Source: an uncultured cyanobacterium (lineage in GTDB: Bacteria; Cyanobacteriota; Cyanobacteriia; PCC-9006; JAAUQQ01). Taken from it: DNA of 64,000 bases. The DNA is taken from contig OY970368.1 of the NCBI GenBank assembly GCA_963718615.1, positions 3,264,001 through 3,328,000 on the forward strand, given 5' to 3'. Position 1 is the first letter of the stretch. Each line of letters starts with the position of its first letter. The notes beneath the pieces were generated by a model. That model ran no database searches, was not told where the DNA came from, and was given only the letters and a program-made list of their open reading frames with translations. Made by a program: the position numbers and the translations under genes. Below are positions 18,631 through 29,208 of this stretch, in pieces.

Positions 18631-19926
18631 TCAGAAAGATTGCCCAACGATCCAACGCATTCCTAAAAACACCAGTGCCGCTAAACTGGCCGCTGCGGGA
18701 AGAGTAACGATCCAGGTTAATAAAATCGATCGCAACGTTCCCCATTGCAACTTGCGCCAATCCCGCAGCTGCACCCAACCTACGCCTACAACTGCCCCCA
18801 CCAAAGCATGGGAGGTAGAAACGGGAAGACCCCAACGGGAGGCAGCCAGTACCGTTGTTGCCGTGGCTAATTCTGCGCAAAACCCGCTGCTGGGCTGAAG
18901 TGCAATAATCGATTCGCCAATGGTTTTAATCACCCGATGCCCTAAAATTGCCAACCCTAAGACAATCCCAACACCCCCCAAAATCAAAATTTCTAGGGGC
19001 ATTTCAAAGCGATCGCCCGGTAGCTCTTGGGTTTGCAAAAAATAGGCGATCGCCCCCACCGGAGCCACCGCATTGCCCACATCATTAGCCCCATGGGCAA
19101 AGGCGACAAAACAGGCGCTAACCACCTGAAACCGCGCAAAAATTCGCTCAATGGGATGGTTTTGCAATTCCTTCCAAGCATTCCAACTCAGTCCCGCGAC
19201 CCCGATTCCGCCTAACAGTAAGCCTAGATCCTGCTGGGGGATCGGCAAATTTGCCAGCGGCGTTCGTTCTAGGGCGGGAAAGGCGATCGCTCCAAATACA
19301 CCAAACAACAACACCGCTAGCCAAGGAATCCACTCCCACAACTGTCTCAGCGGTTGCGCTTGCATCAAAATCCAGTGCCGCACCAAGCTATAAAATCCGG
19401 CGGCGATCGCCCCACTCACCAAGGGCGTGACGATCCAAGCCAGGGAAATCTGCCCCAATGCGCCCCAGTTCACAACATCTGCGCCTGCGGCAACCAGGCC
19501 CACCCCCGCTAATGCGCCCACAACCGTATGAGAAGCGGAAACCGGTAAACCGCTGAGGGTGGCGAGATTGAGCCAAACCCCGGCAGAGAGCAGCACCGAT
19601 AGCATGGCCAACAGCCAATCCTGAGGAGCCGCATCCCAGGCACTGGGGGTGATAATGCCATTGACCAAACGGGCCGAGACTTCGTGGCCCAGCAACACCG
19701 CGCCGGTAAACTCCAGAATGCCAGCCAGGACAATCGCTTGGACCAACGTAATCGCCTTCGCACCGACGGACGTGCCCATGGCATTGGCGACATCGTTGGC
19801 CCCCAGGTTAAAGGCCAAATAGAGCCCGAGGATCGCTGCCACAATCAAGCCAGCATCAGCCAATCCCGCTGAGATGCCGGTTGTCAATGCATCCCCTGTC
19901 AGCGCACCCACGATCAGTCCATCCAT
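18631..19926 (-). CDS. Inorganic phosphate transporter (PiT family)
   Basis: Two GANDV(A/G)NA signatures, LPVSASH and LPVSTSH. Confidence 0.93.
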   Translation of the reverse strand: MDGLIVGALTGDALTTGISAGLADAGLIVAAILGLYLAFNLGANDVANAMGTSVGAKAITLVQAIVLAGILEFTGAVLLGHEVSARLVNGIITPSAWDAAPQDWLLAMLSVLLSAGVWLNLATLSGLPVSASHTVVGALAGVGLVAAGADVVNWGALGQISLAWIVTPLVSGAIAAGFYSLVRHWILMQAQPLRQLWEWIPWLAVLLFGVFGAIAFPALERTPLANLPIPQQDLGLLLGGIGVAGLSWNAWKELQNHPIERIFARFQVVSACFVAFAHGANDVGNAVAPVGAIAYFLQTQELPGDRFEMPLEILILGGVGIVLGLAILGHRVIKTIGESIIALQPSSGFCAELATATTVLAASRWGLPVSTSHALVGAVVGVGWVQLRDWRKLQWGTLRSILLTWIVTLPAAASLAALVFLGMRWIVGQSF

Positions 19927-20915
19927 AGAAAATCCGCAATTTTATCGTCCGCTGAATTCGCGTTCTCCTCGGCAAGCGTTGCCTCGCTGGGATTGAGCAG
20001 AACCGTTGCCTGACGAACCGTGGGGCCAAGCCGTCGCGCGACTCGGCTGGGAATACCATAGTTGTAAATGACGTGACCCTGACCCGCGAGGACCACGATT
20101 TGATAATCCGGATGGGCCTGGGCAAACTGGGCGATCGCCTCCGCCATGGTTTCATCCCAGAGAACTTGAGCCGCAAAAAAGTTCTCAAAGTCCATGGTGC
20201 TGGAGTGACTGCCGTGGTGATGGGCAAACGCCCCTTGGACAAATTTGCGATAGCGGCGGTTGATTGCGTTTTCGCTGAGGTCGATGGCTGCCAGGGGCGG
20301 AATTAGGGCTTGGTCTTCTGGGGTTAAGCTCGCTAAACCTTGACGCGCCACTTTTTTGGTGATTTCAGTCGGTGTATTGAGGGCTAAGAGCGGCAATTTC
20401 TGAGCCTGGCCAAACCGCAAAATTGGCCCATAGAACGCCCAGGGAAACCCCCAGCGCGTTTCGTATTCGGTTTGGGCAATCAGATCGGCCTCGCTGATTT
20501 CACCGGCTCCATAGCGATCGAGCACCGGTTGAAACGGTCGCTGGAACATTTCAAAGGCGATCGCCAGTTGAGGATTAGCCCCGTGAAGCTGTTCCAGAAT
20601 TTTGAGCTGAGCCCGATGATCCGCCTCGCTGCTGTGAGTTTCGCCCAGATAAACAATTTGAACTGACTGAAGCTGCTGGAGGATTGCGGCGGCGGAGGCC
20701 GGGGGGGATGGGGGCTGTTCTAGACGCGAAGGATTCGGGCCAGGATTCGGGCCAGGATTCGGGCTCAGCCCTTGGGCCATGCAGCCGAGGGCTCCCAGGG
20801 TTAAAGTCCCCACGAGGAGTGAGGCGATCGCCCAAGCGACCCTGTGCCCAGACAAACTGGGTCCAGACAAACTGGGTCCAGACGGATGCGGTTTGAGAGA
20901 AGCTTGTTTGGCCAC
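19914..20915 (-). CDS. ChaN family lipoprotein (heme/iron-uptake related)
   Basis: Lipobox-like LGC, VYLGETH, AFEMF, WDETMA, LAGQGH. Probable GTG start at 20915, just after the wzc stop. Confidence 0.82.
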   Translation of the reverse strand: MAKQASLKPHPSGPSLSGPSLSGHRVAWAIASLLVGTLTLGALGCMAQGLSPNPGPNPGPNPSRLEQPPSPPASAAAILQQLQSVQIVYLGETHSSEADHRAQLKILEQLHGANPQLAIAFEMFQRPFQPVLDRYGAGEISEADLIAQTEYETRWGFPWAFYGPILRFGQAQKLPLLALNTPTEITKKVARQGLASLTPEDQALIPPLAAIDLSENAINRRYRKFVQGAFAHHHGSHSSTMDFENFFAAQVLWDETMAEAIAQFAQAHPDYQIVVLAGQGHVIYNYGIPSRVARRLGPTVRQATVLLNPSEATLAEENANSADDKIADFLWMD

Positions 20916-20916
20916 G

Positions 20917-23172
20917 TTACTGACGGAAATGGGATCGAGATGAAGCCTCCTGGTTTGCAGGATTGGCATTAAAGCTTAAACTGGCGGGCAAACTTCGTCC
21001 TTGGTGATAGGCTGCGGTCTGGGTAAAGTATTGGCGCGATTCCCGCTTGCCCTGTACCCCGTTGATCACGATGCCCAACACCGACTGAGCCGACTGATGC
21101 AGCAACTCCTTGCCGCTATTGGCACTGGCCACATCCAATACCCCAGGCCTTGTCACCAATAATAGCCCATCCGTCGCATGGCCCAGGGGCAATGTGTCAG
21201 CCACCAGGGTGAGAGGCGCGGTGTCGAGCAGGACAAAGTCGAAATGCTCTTCAAAATGACGGAGGAGCGATCGCATCCGGTCCGAATCCAGCAAGGCTAG
21301 GGGATTGGGCGGAATCGTTCCAGCGGGAATCACGGTTAGATTGGGCAGCACCTGATGCATGGCAGTTTGGGGGTCAATCTGGCCGATGATCAGATCCGAG
21401 AGACCGCTGCTGGGACCCAGCCCCCAAACCCAGTGCTGGACGGGATAGCGTAAATCTGCATCAATCAGCAAAACACGATGACCGAGTTCGGCGAGGGCGA
21501 TCGCCAAATTCGCCGAAACAGTAGATTTTCCTTCCTGAGGAACAAAACTCGTAATCGCCACCGACTTTAACTGGCTATCGGGACTGAGAAACTTGAGTTT
21601 CGCCTGGAGCATCCGATAGGCTTCGCTGCTCAGGGTACTGGGCTCATCCCGCACCGAGAGTTGAGGCAAAAAAGCTTCCGCACTGCCCCGGCGCGCTAGT
21701 TTAGTGGCAGGAACGATTCCCAGCAAGGGATAGGGAAAGCGATCGCGCACATCCTTAGCGGTTTGCACCGAAGAATCCAGCAAGTCCAACAGCAGTGCCG
21801 TCGCCAGCCCCAGCAGTCCGGCTCCCAGAACGCCCGCCACTGGCAGGAGCAACTGTTTTTTCGAGATCGTCGGATCGGTCGGTGTGATCGCCGGAGACAG
21901 AACCCGCACATTGCCCAGGTTTTGATTTTCGGCAATTTGAACCTCTTGCAGCCGATCGACCAAATTTTTGTAATTGTTCTGGGTGAGTTCGACCTGGCGT
22001 TCTAGCTGGCGCTGGAGCTGATTCAAACGCGGCAAGCTATTGGCCCGCTGCTGGTAGGCTTGGCGAATCTGTCGCAGCGTCAAAAACTGATTTTGCAGGC
22101 TCTGACGATTAACTTCAACATCAACGAGATCCTGGAGCAATTTGGCCTTAATGGTATCCAGCTGAAAATTGCTGATGGCTACCCCCTGTTCGCCCAAAAC
22201 CCTCGCCACACGAGACTGGAGCAGCAAACGCAGGGAACGCTCCTGGTCCTTCAGCAACGTGACATTAGGACTCGTCTCGGTGTAAACCGCCCGTTGAAGG
22301 GCTAGCTGCTGCTGTACTGTCTCATACTGGGTTAAGGCATCTTGAACAGATTTGGATTCTCCCAGAGCGTTGAGGGCGATCGCCTGTTGCTCCGAAATCC
22401 CCAGCTTCTGCTGCAAACTCGCAGACTGAGCCACACTCCCCGACAATGCGGTTTGTACCTGGGACATCTGTTTATCCAAATCGCTAATATTGGTGACTGC
22501 GCTCTCCGCTTCCTTTTGCAGCTCCACCACCGAATTTTGCTCTTGAAAAAGCTGAAGATTGGCTTCGGCCTTGCGTAGCTGCTCCGCTACCTGGGGCAGC
22601 TTTTGACCAATAAATCCTCGTGCCGCCGCTGCTTCCTCGCGGTTGATCTGAATATTTTTCTCGATGTAAAGCTGCATGAGCTGGTTGACCAAACGAGCCG
22701 CCTGCTCAGGATCCCCCGATTCGTAGGTGACGCTGAGAATATCTGCCCCTTTAATCGGCTTAACCTCCAGGGCCTCCGCCACCGCGCTAGCCTGGAGCGG
22801 CGTTCCGTCCTCTGCCCGCAGATCGAGCTGGGCAATCACCGCTTGTAAAAGGGGAGTGCTACGCACAACCTCAGCTTCCGTATCGAGCGGCGTATTGAGC
22901 GCATTTAGCCCCTCCAGCTCCCCCGGATTTCGCCCCGGATTCCCCTGGGTCAAGAGTGACAGGGCTTCGTCTCGCTTTTTGACCAGCAATTGGCCCTCCG
23001 CCACATAGTAAGGCTGCTGGCGAGAGGCCAAAAACAGAGCCCCGGCAATAACCCCCATCCCGACAAGCACCGCAGGCAACCATCGGCGACGCAACACCAT
23101 GCCATAGGCGGCCAAATCGCCAAGGGACTCAGGTTCCGCTTGGGGGAGACGAACTTGATTAATTGACTGCAT
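20917..23172 (-). CDS. wzc: Polysaccharide co-polymerase / tyrosine autokinase (Wzc/GumC)
   Basis: LRRRW, coiled-coil periplasmic region, EAYRML, ITSFVPQEGKST, LLIDADLR, FVLLDTAP. Confidence 0.92.
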   Translation of the reverse strand: MQSINQVRLPQAEPESLGDLAAYGMVLRRRWLPAVLVGMGVIAGALFLASRQQPYYVAEGQLLVKKRDEALSLLTQGNPGRNPGELEGLNALNTPLDTEAEVVRSTPLLQAVIAQLDLRAEDGTPLQASAVAEALEVKPIKGADILSVTYESGDPEQAARLVNQLMQLYIEKNIQINREEAAAARGFIGQKLPQVAEQLRKAEANLQLFQEQNSVVELQKEAESAVTNISDLDKQMSQVQTALSGSVAQSASLQQKLGISEQQAIALNALGESKSVQDALTQYETVQQQLALQRAVYTETSPNVTLLKDQERSLRLLLQSRVARVLGEQGVAISNFQLDTIKAKLLQDLVDVEVNRQSLQNQFLTLRQIRQAYQQRANSLPRLNQLQRQLERQVELTQNNYKNLVDRLQEVQIAENQNLGNVRVLSPAITPTDPTISKKQLLLPVAGVLGAGLLGLATALLLDLLDSSVQTAKDVRDRFPYPLLGIVPATKLARRGSAEAFLPQLSVRDEPSTLSSEAYRMLQAKLKFLSPDSQLKSVAITSFVPQEGKSTVSANLAIALAELGHRVLLIDADLRYPVQHWVWGLGPSSGLSDLIIGQIDPQTAMHQVLPNLTVIPAGTIPPNPLALLDSDRMRSLLRHFEEHFDFVLLDTAPLTLVADTLPLGHATDGLLLVTRPGVLDVASANSGKELLHQSAQSVLGIVINGVQGKRESRQYFTQTAAYHQGRSLPASLSFNANPANQEASSRSHFRQ

Positions 23173-23743
23173 TTGCTAACCCCACCTTTCAGTCATCGAA
23201 CGGTCACACTTATATAGAGAAGCCCTAACGATCACCCCCGACCCTAGCACCACAGACGGACTACTGCATCAAGCATATAGACTATGCGGCAGCAGGCCGA
23301 GGCCAAAAAGTCCGGAAGGTTTGCGGACTCTTCACAAAAACATTGAGTTTCTCAATGCAAACTTTACGAAGCCGCCATAGGATTTCGAAATACACTACGG
23401 AAAGTCTCAGCGTTATTACCGACCTGACGAGAGAATAAGTAGATGCAAAAATTACGGAAGTGACTTGCTGAACTTCAATCAAATCATAAAGGAAATGCTG
23501 AAGATAGCGTGTCGTCACTGAACTCTCACCCTAGAAAATGTATCCTAGAGTTGCGGAGAACCCGGTCTATTATCGTGATTTGAGCTTTTCTCCTGGAGAA
23601 ATACCAGCGTTTTCCGATCGCGACGCAGACCCGTGAAAGATACTGAAATTCTCTGTTGAATTGAGTTCTCTGTTGCATAAAATCGTTAGCCGTTTTTGCC
23701 GGGTTGCATTCTTAATAAAACCGACGGATTGAGATCAAATACT

Positions 23744-24961
23744 ATGGCGCAGACATCGGTAACCAATTGGCCCTTGAATCGACCCGCAAGAGTCGCGCTA
23801 CTGTCCGGGCGTCAGGTTCGGCATCACGTTTCAGATGCCATGATCTATGAGTTTGAGAACTGCGTCGCAGCAATGGATCAAGTAGATCTGTTGACCTATA
23901 ACGGGTCCCCCGATCGCGCCCGTCAAGTGTATGCCCTGACCCATCAGTGGGTTCGCTCCCATACCTTGGCCCAGTGGGTGACTCCGTCGGTGGGTCCTGT
24001 CCAATCCTTGGAGCAGGATTACGATCTCTTTGTAGTGGTCCTGAGGAATATTTTTGAAGTGGCGGCGTTGAGCTCGCTGAAGAATTGGCGCGATCGCTCC
24101 CGTCAAGCGGTTTGTATTTTGATGGAAGCTTGGGATAAACCCCACTGGCTGGAGGATCGGCGATCGCTATTTGAGTGGCTGAAGCCCTTTGATCATATTT
24201 TTCTAGGGAATGAAAACGCGGTTGCAGCAGTGCAGGCCGTTACCGGACGCCCCTGTTCCTATTTGCCCTTGGGGGTCGATGCCTTAAGCTTTTATCCCTA
24301 CGGCAAAGGCCATCGACCCGATGGCCGCGAGGCCCAGGCCCGACCCATTAAGGTTTCTTCCCTGGGACGACGCTCAGACATCACCCACCGAGCGCTGTTG
24401 GATTGGGCGCGATCGCAAAATATTTTTTACTATTACGACACCGCTTATAATCTCCACTTTGTCGACCACGAAGAGCATCGGTCGATGTATGCCAATTTGC
24501 TCAAGCGCAGTCAGTATTTTATTTGCAACTACAGTCGCATTAACGAAAATCACAACCAGCCTCGATACCAGGAAATTGCAGCTCGGTTCTATGAAGGGGC
24601 GGCAGCCGGAGCGGTTCTCATTGGCATGGCCCCTACCACCGAACGCTTCCAGGAGCAGTTTGGCTGGGAAGATGCGGTGATTCCCATGGCCTTTGATGAA
24701 CCGCAAATCGAGCAGGTGTTGCGACGGCTAGATGCGGAGCCGGAGCGCTTAGCCGCGATCCAACACCGCAATGTGATCCAGTCCTTGCGCCGCCATGACT
24801 GGGCCTATCGTTGGCGATCGCTCTTAGAAACCCTCGACATGCCGCCCCTGGCAGCGCTGCTGGCGCGCCTTGAAAAACTCAATCGCATGGCTACATCGTT
24901 AGAAAACGCTGCTCTATCGACGAATCTCAGCACTCTTCCCAGCAATTCCCATGCCGCTTGA
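23744..24961 (+). CDS. Glycosyltransferase (CgeB/GT1_2-like)
   Basis: YLPLGVD, SLGRR, EIAARFYEGAAAGAVLIG, RHDWAYRW. Confidence 0.8.
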   Translation: MAQTSVTNWPLNRPARVALLSGRQVRHHVSDAMIYEFENCVAAMDQVDLLTYNGSPDRARQVYALTHQWVRSHTLAQWVTPSVGPVQSLEQDYDLFVVVLRNIFEVAALSSLKNWRDRSRQAVCILMEAWDKPHWLEDRRSLFEWLKPFDHIFLGNENAVAAVQAVTGRPCSYLPLGVDALSFYPYGKGHRPDGREAQARPIKVSSLGRRSDITHRALLDWARSQNIFYYYDTAYNLHFVDHEEHRSMYANLLKRSQYFICNYSRINENHNQPRYQEIAARFYEGAAAGAVLIGMAPTTERFQEQFGWEDAVIPMAFDEPQIEQVLRRLDAEPERLAAIQHRNVIQSLRRHDWAYRWRSLLETLDMPPLAALLARLEKLNRMATSLENAALSTNLSTLPSNSHAA

Positions 24962-25189
24962 AGGGTTGATCTGGGGAAATTTCTAGGGAAATTACGGACG
25001 GATTCATAAAAATTTCAAGAAGTTTCTGTAAATACGGATAGTCCTTTTAGCAAGATAAACCCGGCCCTCTACAATAGGCAGGAATAAATAGGGATATAGC
25101 GCGCCGATGGTTGCGGACTATTTTTAGACGCAACGAAATTACTGTGAACGATGACTGTGAACGGTTCTTTGTGTAAGGGGCGTTGATCT

Positions 25190-26524
25190 GTGGGCGGTGG
25201 AGGAATTGCAACACGCGTTCGTACCGTGTTGAAAAGTGGAATTGCCAAGGGTGCGGCTGGGTCTTTTGGGCTCAAAGTGGTTTCCCTTGGAATCTCGTTT
25301 GTAACCAATGTGGTGCTGGCCCGTCAGCTCGGTGCAACGGACTATGGAGCCTATGTCTATGCCCTGGCCTGGATTACGTTTTTGGGGATTCCGGCCAGTT
25401 TAGGATTACCTGAGTATTTGATTCGAGAGGTAGCAATTTATCGCGCGAAGGAAGATTGGAGCCATCTGCGCGGGCTGCTGCATTGGGCCAATGGCCTGGT
25501 CCTGGTGTTGTCCCTGGGGACTGGGGCGATCGCCGCTGCGGTGATCGCCGCTTTAGATTTGTCCCCACAACTGCGCCTGATTTTTTGGCTGATGTTGTTG
25601 GTGATGCCCTTGGCTTCGCTCACGGGGTTGCGCCAGGGCACGATGAAGGGGCTCAACCGCGTGGTGGTTGGCGATTTTCCAGAACTGCTGGTGCGTCCTA
25701 CGCTCTTTCTCGGACTGGTCGGTTTGGGCATTTTGCTTTTGGGGCAAAGGCTTACCGCCGTGTGGGTCATGGGAATTTATGGGGTCACCGTTGCCCTGGC
25801 CTTTGGGGTTGGGGCTTGGCTCCTGTACCGCAGTTTGCCGGAGGCGGTGCATCGGGTTGAATCCCGCCAGATGCCGGGGCTGTGGTTCCGGGCGACGCTG
25901 CCGTTTTTGCTAATCGTGGCCATGTTTGTGGTCAATCAGCAGACAGATGTCATGATGCTGGGGTTGTTGCAGGGGACCGATGCTGCTGGCATTTACACCG
26001 TGGTGGGTCGCGGCACGCAGCTGATTCAGTTTGCGCTAATGGCGATTAGCTCGGCGACGGGGCCGACGCTGGCCGGTTTAGTCAGTCGGGAGGACTGGTC
26101 GCAGCTCAAGCAAGTCTTGACCAATAGTTCGCGGCTGTTGCTGGGGTCTACCCTGGCGATCGCCCTCACCCTCATGCTTTTGGGCCGCTGGTTTTTGGCG
26201 ATTTTCGGGCCTGAATTTGTGGCGGGCTATCCCGCACTGATTATTTTGGGCTGTGGTTACTTGATGAGCGCACCGCTAGAGCTAGCCGGTTTATTGCTGC
26301 TCATGAGTGGTCATGAACGGGAAACGGCGATCGGCACCGGCATGACCGCGACACTCAATGTGATTTTTAATGCGCTGCTGATTCCCCGCTGGGGACTGGC
26401 CGGGGCGGCGTTGGCGACGAGCCTCAGCATGGTTATCCGGGGGAGTTATTTTATGATTCGCGCTCACCAGCGACTGCACATGGTTCCCAATCCCCTGGCT
26501 TCAGGGTCCTCTCAGTCATCATGA
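25190..26524 (+). CDS. wzx: Polysaccharide flippase
   Basis: LARQLGATDYG, TDVMMLG, AGIY, LIPRWGLAGAALAT; polytopic. Confidence 0.9.
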   Translation: MGGGGIATRVRTVLKSGIAKGAAGSFGLKVVSLGISFVTNVVLARQLGATDYGAYVYALAWITFLGIPASLGLPEYLIREVAIYRAKEDWSHLRGLLHWANGLVLVLSLGTGAIAAAVIAALDLSPQLRLIFWLMLLVMPLASLTGLRQGTMKGLNRVVVGDFPELLVRPTLFLGLVGLGILLLGQRLTAVWVMGIYGVTVALAFGVGAWLLYRSLPEAVHRVESRQMPGLWFRATLPFLLIVAMFVVNQQTDVMMLGLLQGTDAAGIYTVVGRGTQLIQFALMAISSATGPTLAGLVSREDWSQLKQVLTNSSRLLLGSTLAIALTLMLLGRWFLAIFGPEFVAGYPALIILGCGYLMSAPLELAGLLLLMSGHERETAIGTGMTATLNVIFNALLIPRWGLAGAALATSLSMVIRGSYFMIRAHQRLHMVPNPLASGSSQSS

Positions 26525-27807
26525 AGGTTTTACTGCTCAATACTGCCGATCGCGACGGGGGCGCAGCACGGGCGGCCCAGCGGCTGCATCAAGGACTGGA
26601 TCATCAAGGACTGGACTGTCAAATGTGGGTACAGTCCCGCACCGGTCAAAATCCCCAGGTGCGCGGCCCCAAAACCCGGTTTGCCCAGGGGGTGGCCCAA
26701 GCCCGTCTGAGTCTTGATGCCCTGCCGCTCAAGCGTTATCCCCAGCGTCAAGACCAAACCTTTTCGGTCCAGTGGGTGCCGGATCAGCTTGCACCGGCGA
26801 TCGCCCAATGGCAGCCCGACGTGATCAATCTCCACTGGATCAACGAAGCCTTTGTGCGGCTGGAGTCCTTGGCCCAATGGCATCGTCCCCTGGTCTGGAC
26901 GCTCCACGATATGTGGCCCTTTACCGGCGGCTGTCACTACGCCTTTGATTGCGATCGCTACACCGAACAGTGCGGCCAATGCCCCCAATTAGGGAGCGAT
27001 CGCCCCCAGGATCTCTCGCACCAAATCTGGCAACGCAAAGCCCAAACCTGGAAAAATCTTGATCTCACCGTTGTCACCGTCAGCCACTGGCTTGCCGACT
27101 GTGCCCGGCGCAGTTCGTTGTTTGGCCCGCGACCGATCGAAGTGATTGCCAACGGCATTGATACCGAGCTCTATCGACCCATTGACCGGCAGTGGGCAAG
27201 GCAGTTGTTGCAATTGCCCCAGGATAAGGCGCTGATTTTGTTTGGGGCGGTTTCGGCGACGGGCGATCGCCGCAAGGGATTTCATCTGTTGCAGCCTGCG
27301 TTGCAGCGGTTGTGTCGGGCTGAGGAATGGCGCGATCGCCTAGAGCTTGTGGTGTTTGGGTCCGAGCAACCCGCCGATCCGCCGGATTTTGGCACGCAGG
27401 TTCACTATCTGGGCAGTTTCCGAGACGATTTGTCCCTGGCCTTGGTCTATGCAGCAGCGGATTTGTTTGTCTTACCCTCCCTGGAAGAAAATTTAGCCAA
27501 CACGATCATGGAAGCCCTCGCCTGCGGGACGCCCTGCGTGGCCTTTAAGGTGGGCGGCATGCCGGACTTAATCGAGCATGAGCGCAATGGCTATTTGGCC
27601 CAGCCCTACGACATTAAGGATTTGGCCCAGGGATTGGCCTGGGTATTGAGCGATCCCGCGCGGCGGCATCGGCTCTCCGCCCGCAGCCGCGAAAAAGTCC
27701 TGGAAGAATTCACCCAAGCCCGCCAGGCCCAGGCTTACAAACAGCTTTTTCGCTATCTTTTGTCTGAATCTCGTCTGTCTGAATCTCATCAGGAGGAGCC
27801 GTCATGA
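26521..27807 (+). CDS. GT4 glycosyltransferase (WcaC-like)
   Basis: GGAARAA, WTLHDMWPFTGGCHY, ENLANTIMEALACG. Confidence 0.92.
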   Translation: MKVLLLNTADRDGGAARAAQRLHQGLDHQGLDCQMWVQSRTGQNPQVRGPKTRFAQGVAQARLSLDALPLKRYPQRQDQTFSVQWVPDQLAPAIAQWQPDVINLHWINEAFVRLESLAQWHRPLVWTLHDMWPFTGGCHYAFDCDRYTEQCGQCPQLGSDRPQDLSHQIWQRKAQTWKNLDLTVVTVSHWLADCARRSSLFGPRPIEVIANGIDTELYRPIDRQWARQLLQLPQDKALILFGAVSATGDRRKGFHLLQPALQRLCRAEEWRDRLELVVFGSEQPADPPDFGTQVHYLGSFRDDLSLALVYAAADLFVLPSLEENLANTIMEALACGTPCVAFKVGGMPDLIEHERNGYLAQPYDIKDLAQGLAWVLSDPARRHRLSARSREKVLEEFTQARQAQAYKQLFRYLLSESRLSESHQEEPS

Positions 27808-29123
27808 CAACGTTTGCCCTCCTGATGCGCACCTTGCGCCGCCTTGAACCTTGGGTGGCGGGCATCTTCTTTTTCTATTTTCTGGGAGTCAACGTGCCGC
27901 CCTTTGCGGTGTCTGCGCTCAATGCCCTGAGTTATCCTGTGATCTTGGTTTTGCTAGGGAGCTGTTGGCGGCAGGTGCTCAGCACGCTCACCGTGGATCT
28001 GCCCCTACTCTTGCTCCATCTCCTGGGCTTCGGCTCGATTCTTTGGTCTGCCGCACCTGAGTTTACGGGGGATGAATCGAAGACACTGATTCGAGCGGGA
28101 CTGTTTGGGGTGTATTTGGCGGTGCGGTTTGGTTTGGCAGGCACAATTCAGTTGATTCGCTGGCCATTTATGGTGGGGGCGATCGCCAGTTTCCTGGCGG
28201 GTGCAGCCCTACCCAGCTATGGGGTTCACCTTACCGACGAATGGGCAGGGTCTTGGAAAGGTGTTTTTATTTTTAAGAACCTTTTTGCTTCCCAGATGGT
28301 CCTCTCCTGTGTCTTATTTGTCTTACTGGCCTTGGGATTACGACAGTGGCGCTACTGGGGATTGACGGCACTGTCGCTGTTGCTACTGGTCCTGAGCCGA
28401 GGCAAAACCGCCATGGCCAGTTTGGCGCTGGTTCTGTATTTATTGCCCCTCTATTTCTTTATTCGACAGCAACTCAAACTTCGGGGTCTGCTGCTAGTGA
28501 CTGGGCTACTGGTGACCTTGATGGTGACCCTGGTCGGTTATTTGAATCTTGAGCTGATCGTGGTCGATTTTCTGGGCAAAAACCTTGAATTTAACGGTCG
28601 TTTACCCATCTGGACGCTGATGCTGGAAAAGGGCATGGAACGGTTTTGGCTGGGCTATGGCTATACGGCCTTTTGGACATCCCATGCGTCCGACTATATT
28701 CTGACCCACACCTGGGCCGCCGGAGCTAGGTCTGCGGGGCTGCGGTTTAATGCCCACAATGGTTACATCGATTTATTCCTACAGCTCGGATTTGTGGGAC
28801 TCGCTTGCTTTTTTCTCAGCTTTATCCGCACGGTTTGGCAAGCCTTGCGGCTATTGGTGGCCACCCAGGCCATCGAGTTTTTCTGGATTTTGCTGACGCT
28901 CTTTGCAATCTTTCTGGTGAATTTGGCCGATAGTTTGAGTATTGCCTCCAGCGGCAGCCATTGGAGCCTCTATGTGGCCTGTGCGGTAATTACGGCTGTG
29001 GAATACCAGCAGCTGCGAAAGGCCGAGCGGAGACCTGGAGTTGGCGCTAATGTTGATGAGCCCCTCTTGAGGGCATCTCCCCGTGACATGGGCCAACCCT
29101 TCCCCGCTCCTAGGATGGAGTAA
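27804..29123 (+). CDS. O-antigen ligase / Wzy-like polymerase
   Basis: WKGVFIFKN, LSRGKT, GRLPIW, LGYGY, NAHNGYIDL. Confidence 0.88.
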   Translation: MTTFALLMRTLRRLEPWVAGIFFFYFLGVNVPPFAVSALNALSYPVILVLLGSCWRQVLSTLTVDLPLLLLHLLGFGSILWSAAPEFTGDESKTLIRAGLFGVYLAVRFGLAGTIQLIRWPFMVGAIASFLAGAALPSYGVHLTDEWAGSWKGVFIFKNLFASQMVLSCVLFVLLALGLRQWRYWGLTALSLLLLVLSRGKTAMASLALVLYLLPLYFFIRQQLKLRGLLLVTGLLVTLMVTLVGYLNLELIVVDFLGKNLEFNGRLPIWTLMLEKGMERFWLGYGYTAFWTSHASDYILTHTWAAGARSAGLRFNAHNGYIDLFLQLGFVGLACFFLSFIRTVWQALRLLVATQAIEFFWILLTLFAIFLVNLADSLSIASSGSHWSLYVACAVITAVEYQQLRKAERRPGVGANVDEPLLRASPRDMGQPFPAPRME

Positions 29124-29208
29124 CGGAAGATTGCCCCCAGATTATACGGACCTGGCTGTGCCACCTCTGCTGCGTTTTTTCTTGTGTTGACCTGTTTTGA
29201 GCCCCGCC

